Origin: Hyaloraphidium curvatum SAG 235-1 | Lineage: Eukaryota; Fungi; Monoblepharomycota | Direction: 5' to 3' | NCBI GenBank assembly: GCA_025558095.1 | Contig: JAIVFI010000025.1 | Location: forward strand, 248,001 to 312,000 | DNA: 64,000 bases | In this document: positions 24,027 through 33,864 of the stretch, in pieces | Layout of the letters: every line of letters begins with the position of its first letter | Position numbering within the stretch: position 1 is the stretch's first letter | The notes under the pieces: generated by a model | Seen by the model: only the letters and a program-made list of their open reading frames with translations | Databases searched by the model: none | What the model was told of the DNA's origin: nothing | Program-made: the position numbers and the translations under genes

Positions 24027-24587
24027 ATCCTGGTCCCTGCATGTACATGACCTTTACACGGTGAGGTATCCTCCTGGCCATCCACTCTGTCTTGCTGACG
24101 TTGATCTCCAGCCCATTGGCACTGGCATATGCAGACAAAAGATCCAGCTGCATCTTGGCATGCATCCTTCACCGTCTTCGAGATCAAAGTGGTGTTGTCT
24201 GCAAAGAACAGAGCCAGCAAGCTGACCATCCTCTCCTGATCCTCTTCCTCCTCAGACACCAGGCCCAGATCCGTCCCTTTTGCACCATTGGCCTCCATGA
24301 AAGCAGTGATGTCGTTGATGAACAAGATGAAGAACAGCGATGAGAGAGGGTCCCCTTGCTTCACTCCGGTCAGGAACTTGATCAAGTCCGACTTGGTGCC
24401 GTCCTCATCCCGGAGCCTTCACCACACCCGCCCAAACGCCATCGTTGCACTCAGCCCAGGGAACTAGCCGAGCGTTCCAGACCAGGGAAAAGTCCTTCTC
24501 CAGCGTCCTCTCCTCTCTATGCTGATGCCTCGGTAGTTGCCCGCCACGGTCTTGGGTCCCTTCTTGTGCAGCATCACCAGCAGTGTC

Positions 24588-24811
24588 TGTTGGAATGGAT
24601 TGTTGCTTCGATTCTATCTCAATAGGGAGTCTATTGGCGTGTGGGGATACTTGGGTACGACCGGAGGGGTCATCTAGGGACTTCTCATCGCAAGGGAATG
24701 GACAACGGGTCAACGTGAAACTGTCCCTCTCCCCATCCCGTCCATCTGAGTTCTGACCCGGTTCAGACCACTGGGGCTACGTCTTCCCCACGCCCCATAG
24801 CCACTCAAGCA
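24588..24811 (+). repeat. 5' LTR (224 bp)
   Basis: tgttggaatgg...ccactcaagca; I see 2 differences from the 3' LTR. Confidence 0.95.
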
Positions 24812-24824
24812 GGTTATGAGCCCA
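24812..24824 (+). promoter_or_regulatory. Primer-binding site complementary to the tRNAiMet anticodon arm (half-tRNA priming)
   Basis: GGTTATGAGCCCA immediately after the LTR, as in Drosophila copia and Ty5-type elements. Confidence 0.85.
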
Positions 24825-24852
24825 ATTCATTTCGATTGGGAGACTAGGGCAG

Positions 24853-27519
24853 ATGGGATACTACACGCTTCTGGGTCCGGATGGAGGGGCCATCACCAAG
24901 GGCGGCGACGTGCGGGGCACTTGCCGCATAGATCGTCACGTTTACTATCTCAACGCGGAAATCCTCAACGAGCATGACGAACAGATCATGCTGAGTGCTC
25001 AGGAAGGGGATTTGAGCGCGGAGATTGCGCATGGGCGCTGCGGGCACTACCCGATCGCGGCACTCAGGAAGGTTCAACAGGCTGGGATTGTGGATGGATT
25101 GGAGGAGTACGTGTTTGCTGGAAACCTCAACAACTTCTGTAAGGAGTGCGTGATGGGGAAGATGCATCAGTTGCCCTATCCGGAGTCGGAGCGGAAAGTC
25201 TCGCGGCCGTTTGAGCTGACTCACTGGGACCTGATACAATCGGACGTTGCAACGGTGCATGGAGAACGCTGGGCATTGCATGCAGTCGACGAGTACACTT
25301 CTGCGGAGTTTGCGTTCCTATTGAAGCACAAATCGGAGGCGGAGGACTGGATGATGCACTTTGCCGAGTGGGTGAAGAACCAGTTCAGCCTAAAGGTCGG
25401 ATGCATGCGGGTCGATCCCGGAGGTGAATTCTCGTCAAAACGGCTCGAAGCGCACTGCAAGAACGAGGGAATCAAGTTGGAATCGTCGGTAACGAATCGG
25501 CCTGCGCAGAACGGAGTCATTGAGCGGCGGAACCGGACGGCTGAGGAAGGGACCCGGACCATCCTGATCGACTCGAAAGCGCCGAAGTCGTTATGGGGAT
25601 ACGCACTGCATCATCACATCAACACACGTAATCGTTTGCCGAACACAAAGACGTGGCAGAAAGGGTCTACGCCGTTTCAACTGCTGACTGGGAGACGGGC
25701 GAACATTAGCCACATCCGACGTTTCGGAGAAACGTGTTACGCGATCGTCGACAAGGATAAGCGCGGCAAATGGGATGCTAAGGCGGTACAATGCCGCTAC
25801 CTGGGAATGAGCTCGCGATCGAAGGCATTTACGGTCCAGAATCTTGAGACCGGGCGGATTTTTGACTCACGTGATGTCGTTTTCGAGGAACGCTGGTCAA
25901 ACAAGACGCTCAAGAGCTACATGCGGGTTCTGGAAAGCGGAGTTTCGGTCGAAAAACTACCTGAGGACGCGGACCCGAGCGCTGTATTGAACCGTCGACT
26001 TGCAGTGGAGGAGTCGGCGCAGCCTGAGGAATTGGAGGCGTCACCGGAGACGCCACGGCGGGTCCATTCCGCAGATCCTATCGACGACGGCAACCAGGAG
26101 CATCGTGGGACACAGGTAGACCGTGTGCAGCGTCAACCTGAGCGCCAGGAGGCCGGGGGAGGAGGTCAAAGACTGGAAGTTGGAGGTACTCAACATCAAT
26201 CTTCAAGTTCCGGCAGCCGAGGCGCGGATTTACGTCTGTCACGCGATCAACGAGCTCAGAGCGAAAGTGAGGACGAGCTGGTGGCTCGTGGAAGAGGCTC
26301 TGGGAGCAGTGGAAGTGGCGATCCAGGGGGAGGAAAGGCAGTTGGTGGATCGCAACTTTCTGGTGATCGTGCGGCTAGGGAAGCCACAGACCAACGTGGG
26401 GAGCCTGGAGGAGCATCTTCATCAAGCAGCGGAGCTCAGGGAGGCTCTGGGGCGGCTGGAACGGGCTCTAAGATACCTTTACCTACAAGGTCATCCAGCA
26501 GAGCTCCAAGACCTCCTGGGGAGTGGTGGAAAGCCCCCAACACGAGCAACGAGAAGGAGATCAACGTGATCACGCTGGAATCGATCAATTTCCTGATGGA
26601 GGAGGTCCAGGACCACCTGGACTGGCAGGGACACCTACCAACTTGGGAGGACATGGCACACATGGATAGAATCTTTGCTGCAAGCACTGGAGCACGTGTA
26701 CCACGGAACTATGCAGAGGCAATGCGTTCAGAGGATCGTGAGATGTGGGCCAAGGCAATGGAACGTGAGATTGGCAAGTTCAAGAGCAGAGATGCGTACA
26801 ACATCATGGGCTTGCCTGAGGGCAAGGAAAAATTCGCGGTTGGAAGCCAATTTGTATTTGACCTCAAACCTGGAGCTGATGGCAGCATTGTGGGGGAGGA
26901 AAACTACAAGGCTCGATGGGTGGCAAGGGGTGATTGGCAGGATCCATCTTCTTTTGGTCAATCCTTTGCACCTGTACCTTCTGCTGCTGCTGTACGACTT
27001 TTCTTTTGGATATCTGCTCAGAACAACATGATTGTACATCAGGCTGATGCAAATGCTGCATTTCTACAGGCTAAGCTCCAGGAGAACGAGGAAGTTTACT
27101 TGTATCCAGCTCAAGGGATGGATTTACCTGAGTTTACTGATGGAAGACCTACTGTAATTCGACCTGGAGTTGCGGTTTATGGACTTGTGCAAGCTGCACG
27201 TGCTTGGCACAGACACCTGCACGAGATACTCACGGAGATGGGGCTTATACGTTGCTCAAAGGAGTATTGCATCTACTTTCTGCGGCAAGATGATTGGTTT
27301 CTTTTGATGATTATTCATGTGGACGACTTTGGATGTAGCTCAACGGACGAAAAACGGACGATTGCATTTCTTGAGGAGCTGGGAAAGCGGATTAAGATAC
27401 GTTACATGGGTCGCATGAAAAAGTTCCTGGCTTTGGAAATCAAGCAGGACGAGAAGGCTGGAACAATCACAATCAAGCAGTCCAACTACATCATCAGAGT
27501 GCTTTGCCAACAAGCTTGA
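24853..27519 (+). CDS. Truncated copia Pol (GAG-pre-integrase, integrase, partial RT)
   Basis: HGRCGH...CKECVMGK; HWDL...VDPGGEF...QNGVIERRNRT (DDE); YKARWVARG; DANAAFLQ; YGLVQAARAW; IHVDDF. Confidence 0.9.
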   Translation: MGYYTLLGPDGGAITKGGDVRGTCRIDRHVYYLNAEILNEHDEQIMLSAQEGDLSAEIAHGRCGHYPIAALRKVQQAGIVDGLEEYVFAGNLNNFCKECVMGKMHQLPYPESERKVSRPFELTHWDLIQSDVATVHGERWALHAVDEYTSAEFAFLLKHKSEAEDWMMHFAEWVKNQFSLKVGCMRVDPGGEFSSKRLEAHCKNEGIKLESSVTNRPAQNGVIERRNRTAEEGTRTILIDSKAPKSLWGYALHHHINTRNRLPNTKTWQKGSTPFQLLTGRRANISHIRRFGETCYAIVDKDKRGKWDAKAVQCRYLGMSSRSKAFTVQNLETGRIFDSRDVVFEERWSNKTLKSYMRVLESGVSVEKLPEDADPSAVLNRRLAVEESAQPEELEASPETPRRVHSADPIDDGNQEHRGTQVDRVQRQPERQEAGGGGQRLEVGGTQHQSSSSGSRGADLRLSRDQRAQSESEDELVARGRGSGSSGSGDPGGGKAVGGSQLSGDRAAREATDQRGEPGGASSSSSGAQGGSGAAGTGSKIPLPTRSSSRAPRPPGEWWKAPNTSNEKEINVITLESINFLMEEVQDHLDWQGHLPTWEDMAHMDRIFAASTGARVPRNYAEAMRSEDREMWAKAMEREIGKFKSRDAYNIMGLPEGKEKFAVGSQFVFDLKPGADGSIVGEENYKARWVARGDWQDPSSFGQSFAPVPSAAAVRLFFWISAQNNMIVHQADANAAFLQAKLQENEEVYLYPAQGMDLPEFTDGRPTVIRPGVAVYGLVQAARAWHRHLHEILTEMGLIRCSKEYCIYFLRQDDWFLLMIIHVDDFGCSSTDEKRTIAFLEELGKRIKIRYMGRMKKFLALEIKQDEKAGTITIKQSNYIIRVLCQQA

Positions 27520-28094
27520 AGGACAACTGGATGTTGCAAGGACATCATCAGAGTGCTTTGCCAACAAGCTTGAAGGACAACTGGATGGACTCTAAAGGAG
27601 GAGAGCATGTGACCAATGGAAGAGCCAGATACTCTAGGAAGACTCTGGAATGGTGGAAACTGACCAGGTGGAAGGACCTGGAGAAACCACGCATGCAATG
27701 GGACTGTTGAGCTTTGATGTAGATCAGCAGACCTTACGTGAAGGATCTGTGCAATGTGCAACGAGGCAGAACCAGTCTGTGTGCAGGAAACTAGCAAGAG
27801 GTGCATAACACTGTGATGCAAATGACTGGACTTGAAGGACCAAAAATGGATAGCTAAGTTTGAGCATTTCAAAGCACTTCGGGGATTTGTGGAGATTTGA
27901 AAGTGAAACTGGAGATTTCTCAGGGATTCTTGACAGGAGGGGAGTATTGAAAGTGACTTGATAATTGCAACTGGATAGCAACTGGAGAACATAACTGGGA
28001 GACAACTTTGCAACGAGGGGGAGTGTTGGAACCTATGCATTGCTACGTTGTTGGGATTGATATGCACTGGAGGGAATCTTGCAACAAGGGGGAG

Positions 28095-28318
28095 TGTTGG
28101 AATGGATTGTTGCTTCGATTCTATCTCAATAGGGAGTCTATTGGCGTGTGGGGATACTTGGGTACGACCGGAGGGGTCATCTAGGGACTTGTCATCGCAA
28201 GGGAATGGACAACGGGTCAACGTGAAACTGTCCCTCTCCCCATCCCGTCCATCTGAGTTCTGACCCGGTTCAGACCACTGGGGCTACGTCTTCCCCACGC
28301 CCCATAGCCACTCAAACA
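28095..28318 (+). repeat. 3' LTR (224 bp) preceded by polypurine tract aagggggag
   Basis: Direct repeat of 24588-24811. Confidence 0.95.
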
Positions 28319-29085
28319 GTGTCTGGCCCCAGTCTTGCATGTCGACGCCATTGAGCACGTCGTTGAGCAGATCGACAACAGCTTGCTTCAGCACAGTGGT
28401 CCCGTACTTGACGAATGAACTCGAGCCTGATCCCATCTTCGTCCGCTGCCCTGCCGTTAGGAGCCTTCTCCAGGACCTTCTCGAGCTCCTTGAGGGTGAT
28501 GGGGCGCAGCAGGTTCCCAGGAGGCGTGATCGTGGCCTTCGGAAGCGGTGGGAACGTCTTCGATTCCTCGATCTTGTTCGCGTATCGGCGTTGGCCACCA
28601 TCTCCATGTGGCGTACCAGCTCCGCAAAGGGCACGGGGTTGCCCTTCCGCCTCGCATAAGTCGTCTTCCCAAGCAGTTGGTAGTATCCCTTAATAGGCTC
28701 TTGCCTGAAGAGGCGTTCCAGCAGCTCAGAGTTCTTGTGCTCTGCGATCTTCCGCATCTTCTTCTCCAGCTTCTTCCTCTTCTTCTCCAGCTCTCGCGCC
28801 TTCCCTTGGTACTCCTTCTTCCACTCCTCCTCTCTCCATGAGGGATCGCAGCTCAAGAAGGCGTGACATCTTGCGGCCGATCTCAGTCCTCTCCGCCGAA
28901 TGCGCAAAGCCGTTCAGGAACTTATCAGCCTCCTCATGCACGCTGACCTTGTCGTACTTCCGCTTTGCCACCTTGCTCACCGCCGCCATGATCTGCATCA
29001 GCTGATTGCACTTGTCCGAGCCAGCCTCCATCTGCTCGTACTCCTGCATAGACTCTTTCACCCACGCCTCGTCCCAGAGATTTCG

Positions 29086-29770
29086 CATAATTGGATGGGC
29101 TTCGGACTGTGCGAGACCCTGCTCATGGATCGCATTAACCTGCACACCTCTTTGAACCGATTGCTCACCAGCACCCACGTGCTCAACATGGAAACGCAGC
29201 GTCAACAAGGCATCACTGTAGGCAAACCTGTCGCCCCCACCATTTGGATCAGATCAAGGACGAGATGCACCTTCTGTTTCACTGCTCTGCGTACGATGAC
29301 GAACAGGAGATTCTCCAAACCCGAACCAGAGAACTTATTTGGACGACGTTGAATTTGGGAACACCCATCTAGAGGTTCCTTCATAACCTGGGGCATTGCA
29401 CCGTGTGTCAAAGCCTTTTTGAAATGATTGAACACACAGATGATCAGCTTCTCCTTACTGCTAGACTTGACCAGCAAAAGGAGCTGTTGGCGAGAAACAA
29501 TGGGGTGAAGCGTCGATGTGTAACAAGATGTAGATGCAGAACGTCTCTCTGCTGGTCCATCTCCGGATCCCTCAGGGCAGGCGTTGCACATCTTGCTCTG
29601 AATGCCTTATAGACAGACCAATGCTGCAGAAGCTTCCAGAATACGTCTTCTCCATCTGCCTCAACGTAACACTTGCATCGTATGTTCAACATATGTAGCC
29701 TCAAACCTGCCTCAGGTTGAGTTGCCTCAAAAAGCTGCCTCAAACCCTGCCTCAAAGCTGCCTATTGAGC
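29086..29770. mobile_element. Decayed LINE fragments: family B plus strand about 29090-29360, RT remnant minus strand, family B 3' end minus strand about 29510-29640
   Basis: GLCETLLMDRINLHTSLNRLLTSTHVLN; KEKLIICVFNHFKKAL; YKAFRARCATPAL. Confidence 0.75.
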
Positions 29771-29950
29771 CACTCTAGGGAGGAGTCGATCTCTGAGCAC
29801 GGATTCCGATTTCTGAGCCCTCCAGCAGCTTGTTGGCCTTGGCCCAGGGAGCTAGCGTTCCAGACCATGGGGACCCCCTGCTGTGCCAACTAAGGACCAT
29901 CGACAAGGACAACAACTGCTGTACAGAGTAGATTTCCGACGGACATACAT

Positions 29951-31127
29951 CTACACCTGCGCTGCCCGCTGTTCCCGGCGCCTGTCCCTCTCCTCCGTGA
30001 TGGTAAGCTTGAGACCCTTGCCTGGCAAAGGAAGACACGTTAGCTGGAGAGCCACCACAGGCCACCACAGGTGAGGCAACGCAACGCACCCTTCGGCAGC
30101 GAGATCCACGGCTTGTTGCCCTGCCCAATCACGAACACGTTGCTGATACGCGTCGAGAACGAGCGGTCCAGCGCGTCCTTGACGTGCACAATGTCGAAAC
30201 CTCCGTGGTGCCGCTCCCGGTGGGTGATAATGCCGGCACGCCCGACGTTGTGGCCTCCCGTGATGAAGGCAAGGTTGCCCGTCTCGAACTTGAGGAAGTC
30301 CGTGATCTTGCCCGACTCGATGTCGAACTTGATCGTGTCGTTGACCTTGATGAGCGGGTCGGGGTAACGGATCGTGCGGCCGTCGTGGGTGACGAGGAAG
30401 GGAATGCCCTTGGACCCGACCTGGACGCGCTTGACCTTGCAGAGCTTGTACTGTAGCGGGGGGGAGTTAAGGCGCCTGGACTCTTCGGGGACACGAGAGC
30501 GAGCCAACCTTGCTCTCCTCGGCCGTGATGCGGTGGATCGTGAAGCGACCCTTCACGTCGTAGACCAACCGGAAGTTCTCGCCGGTCTTCTCAATCGAGA
30601 TCACGTCTGCGAACGAACGTCGCTTCAGGACACCGTTCCTAACACACAGGATGGTGGTCCTTACCCATGAACCCGGCGGGGTACGTCGAGTCGGTGCGGA
30701 CCTTCCCGTCCACCTTGATGTAGCGCTGCATCATGATGCTAGTGACCTCCTTCTTCGTCAGGGCGTACTTGAGCCGGTTGCGCAGGAACACGATGAGGGG
30801 CAGGCATTCCCGGAGCTTGTGCGGTCCAGACGACGGCCTCGGAGCCTAAGGAGGGAGGCGGACCGCGATGAGCAGCCGCCCTCTCTCCCGAGCTCCAAAT
30901 CAACCCTTCCGCCCATTGGCCGGCCACGTCCACGCTCGTCGGGCCCATGGATCGAGGGAGGAGCTCCGCCCGCCGCGCTCCGCGCTTCAACGCCCGCTGC
31001 AGCCGTTCCACCGACGTGATCCCCTAATCCTTGCAGCCCAACTCACCCAGGTGCCCGTCAGCTTGTCCAGCATCCAGTGCTTGGGCGCGGCGAGCCGCTT
31101 CAAGTGCTTTTTAGGCCCCCGGGGCAT
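29951..31127 (-). CDS. RPS4: 40S ribosomal protein S4 (eS4), multi-exon
   Basis: [23 protein letters not shown]...[12 protein letters not shown]...[23 protein letters not shown]. Confidence 0.98.
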
Positions 31128-31688
31128 TTTCGCCGCGTCTTTTCGTCAAAGCCCGTCGTAGGTCTTCCGGCTGGGCAGTACCCTCGTGTGCGATCGACGT
31201 GCACACGACCAGCTGCTCCCTCGCTTGAAACGCAGAGCATAGGAGGGAAGAGAACGAGCCTGGTCAGCACGAGCACAACGGCCAACCACGCCCACCCGTC
31301 TGCGTCCACTGCTCCGCCGGCAAGCCGCGTGCCACATCGCCAACCACACAGCATGGCAATTTGCTCGGCGCGGAGGCCCCAGGGAGTTCCAGCCGGCCGT
31401 CCCGCAGGTGCTCCACCGCACGGCATCCCGCGACCGAGTCGTCGCCGGGCCCGCTGACGGCCTCCAGACCCGCCGCAGGCCGGCGAGGCCCGCGGCAGCC
31501 ACAATTCCGTCTCTCGACCGCCAAAGTGCCAAGATACCAACGTTGGGGAAGACCGGGAACGGGTTCGATGGGCGACGCTTGCGGGATTGACTGCAACACC
31601 GACGCCCAAAACGACGGAGCGTACCCCAAGGGTGTAGAAGGGATTCTTGAGAAGGGGCCTCCCCGCCCTCCCACCTCATTTTCGGGCG

Positions 31689-32818
31689 ATGGACTCATCG
31701 TGGCCCACTGTGGTCGCGGCCGCGGCCTCGGCGCTGGCCGTGCTGGGCCTGGCCATCCTGCGGATGCTGAGCCCGACGCCGCGGAAACCGACCGAGTCGG
31801 AGCGCTGCTTCCGGGACTGTCGGACGCGGACGCTGCAGCCGCTCCCCAGCCTGCTCGCGGACGGCGGCACCGTGTCGCTGTCGGTCATCGTGCCGTCGTA
31901 CAACGAGACGAAGCGGCTGGCGGGCATGCTGACCGACGCGCTGCGGTATTGCCGCGCGCGCGAGAAGGAGCGGAAGGGCTTCACGTTCGAGGTCATCGTG
32001 GTCGACGACGGGAGCAGGGACGGCACCTCGGAGTGCGCCCTCGACTTTGCCGCCGCCGCCAACGCGCCGGAGATCCGCGTGCTGACGTTCGAGAGGAACC
32101 GCGGCAAGGGAGGCGCCGTCACGCAGGTCTGGGTTCGGCGCGGCCTGGTTGCTCCCCCCCGGCTCAGACGGCTCGCTGCAGGGCATGCTGCACGCTCGCG
32201 GGGAGTATCTGCTGTTTGCCGACGCGGACGGGGCGACGAGGTTCGACGACTTGACGGCGCTGCTCGACAAGGCCAAGGCGATCGAACGGGACGGGTTGGC
32301 GATCGCCATCGGGTCACGTTCCCACCTTGTCTCCACCGACGCCGTGGTCAAGGTGCGGAGGCACGCGTCTGTCGCCTTCCGCGTGCCTTGACACCGTCCT
32401 GGGACAGCGTTCGGCACTGCGCAACTTCCTGATGAGGGGCTTCCACCTCTACGTCTACATTGTCGGGGTCCGGGACATCGAGGACACTCAGTGCGGCTTC
32501 AAGCTGTTCTCCCGAGCAGCCGCGAAGCTCATTTTCCCGCGCATGCACGTCGAAGGCTGGATATTCGACGTGGAGATCCTGATCCTTGCCGAGAAGATCG
32601 GCATTCCCATAGCCGAAGTGCAGGTCAATTGGCACGAGGTCGACGTGGGTCGATTCTTCGCCGCCGGCCGCCCTTTTGATCACTGATCGTCGATCCAGGG
32701 ATCGAAAATGTCCCTCGCGCGGGACTCTATCGTGATGGCCGTGGATATGCTGATCATTCGATTGAACTATACCCTGGGATTCTGGGCCGTGCCTTCGATA
32801 CCACGTAAAGTTGAATGA
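31689..32818 (+). CDS. ALG5: Dolichyl-phosphate beta-glucosyltransferase
   Basis: [68 protein letters not shown]. Confidence 0.95.
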
Positions 32819-32847
32819 TGAATTAATTGAAACTTCAGGCGACTTCC

Positions 32848-33786
32848 TTAGCGGGCTGCCGCACCCCCTCCACCCCCGGAAGCCCCTCCTCCGCCCTGCG
32901 GCTGGTCTCCGCCCCCTGTAAAGAGCATCACCACCGCGATTGGCACAATGTAGATCCAGTACCTGAGAACGTTCGTCGGCTGGCGCGCGGAAAAGTGTTC
33001 GGGCCACTCACTTCTGCAAGAAGCCGCCCTCGGCCTTCTTCTTCTGCTCCTGCTCCACCACAGCGAGCGATTGCATGACGGGTCTACAGACCGCAGTCAG
33101 CCTAGCACACAGCCGAGCTGGAGTAACGTAACGTTACCTTGCCCCTTGTTCCGTGCGGAGGACCTGGATCGACGTTTTCAGGCTGCAGGGCTGATTATTG
33201 GTGTTCGCGTAAGCTGTTACACATGAAATGTCCTGGCGGTCTCACCTGGTTCTTGACGCAGACGACACATTCGACAAAATCGTCAAAGTGGAACAGAGTC
33301 CCTGGGTCCACGGGTCAGAAAGGCTATCGTAGGGCGGAGCAGTGGAATGTACCGTTGGAATCGAGCCGAAGGATGAGCGTCTCTCTCTCCTTCTTGTCCG
33401 AAGGACACTGCCGATGGATCGGCGCCCGTGAGGCCACCGAGGGGCAACCCGGCTGCGGCAAATAGTACCGCGACAAAGGGCGAAATCCACGTGGAGCCGC
33501 CTTCTTCCGTCAGTTTTGCCCTCGTCGGCGTCCCGGGCGGGCATCCAAGCGCTTCCGCGGCAAAAGCTGGTTGGAACTTCCCCCGAGACTTTCCCCCAGC
33601 GTGCTTCACGAGCACTTGGCCCACGTAGAGTTCGTCACCACCAGAGCAGCGCTCATGGTAGAGTTTGTACTCCCGGATTCCCGAGTCTCCCTCGGCCGAC
33701 GCGCCCGACGCGCCAGCCAATGCGAGCAGCAGGGCGATCAAGATTGCAGGGCATCGCCAGACGCGTTGCGGTCGCCGTCCCGGCAT
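32848..33786 (-). CDS. EMC10: ER membrane complex subunit 10-like
   Basis: Signal peptide; C-terminal GGFLQK/YWIYIVPIAVVMLFTGGG plus Gly-rich tail, typical of EMC10. Confidence 0.7.
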
Positions 33787-33864
33787 TACTGGGGGTGAAA
33801 CGCCTGCGCTTGATCGCGGACGTGATCGCGCGCGTCAACAACGCGCAATTCTCTCGACCTCGCT

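Larger units (their letters stand above)
24588..28318 (+). mobile_element. Ty1/copia LTR retrotransposon, internally deleted (no gag; RT end and RNase H decayed)
   Basis: TG...CA 224-bp LTRs, 5-bp TSD GTGTC (24583-24587 and 28319-28323), PBS, PPT, integrase upstream of RT. Confidence 0.95.
22204..29085 (-). mobile_element. Long, 5'-truncated, frameshifted LINE-like family A element carrying two nested insertions
   Basis: Collinear order: linker (WREEEWKKEY), DWGQT|LLVMLHKKGPKTVAGNYRGIS, GVKQGDPLSSLFFILFINDI, LFFADN, GLEINVSKT, FKLLG, zinc finger, tail. No endonuclease domain seen. Confidence 0.9.

Noticed and set aside
16690-29780. Hammerhead/HDV ribozyme or Penelope/DIRS element
   Set aside because: I recognised no convincing ribozyme core, GIY-YIG or tyrosine-recombinase motif by eye; a covariance-model scan would be needed.
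30846-31046. Intronic box C/D snoRNA in RPS4 intron 1
   Set aside because: I see no RTGATGA/CTGA box pair, and long first introns are common in ribosomal protein genes.
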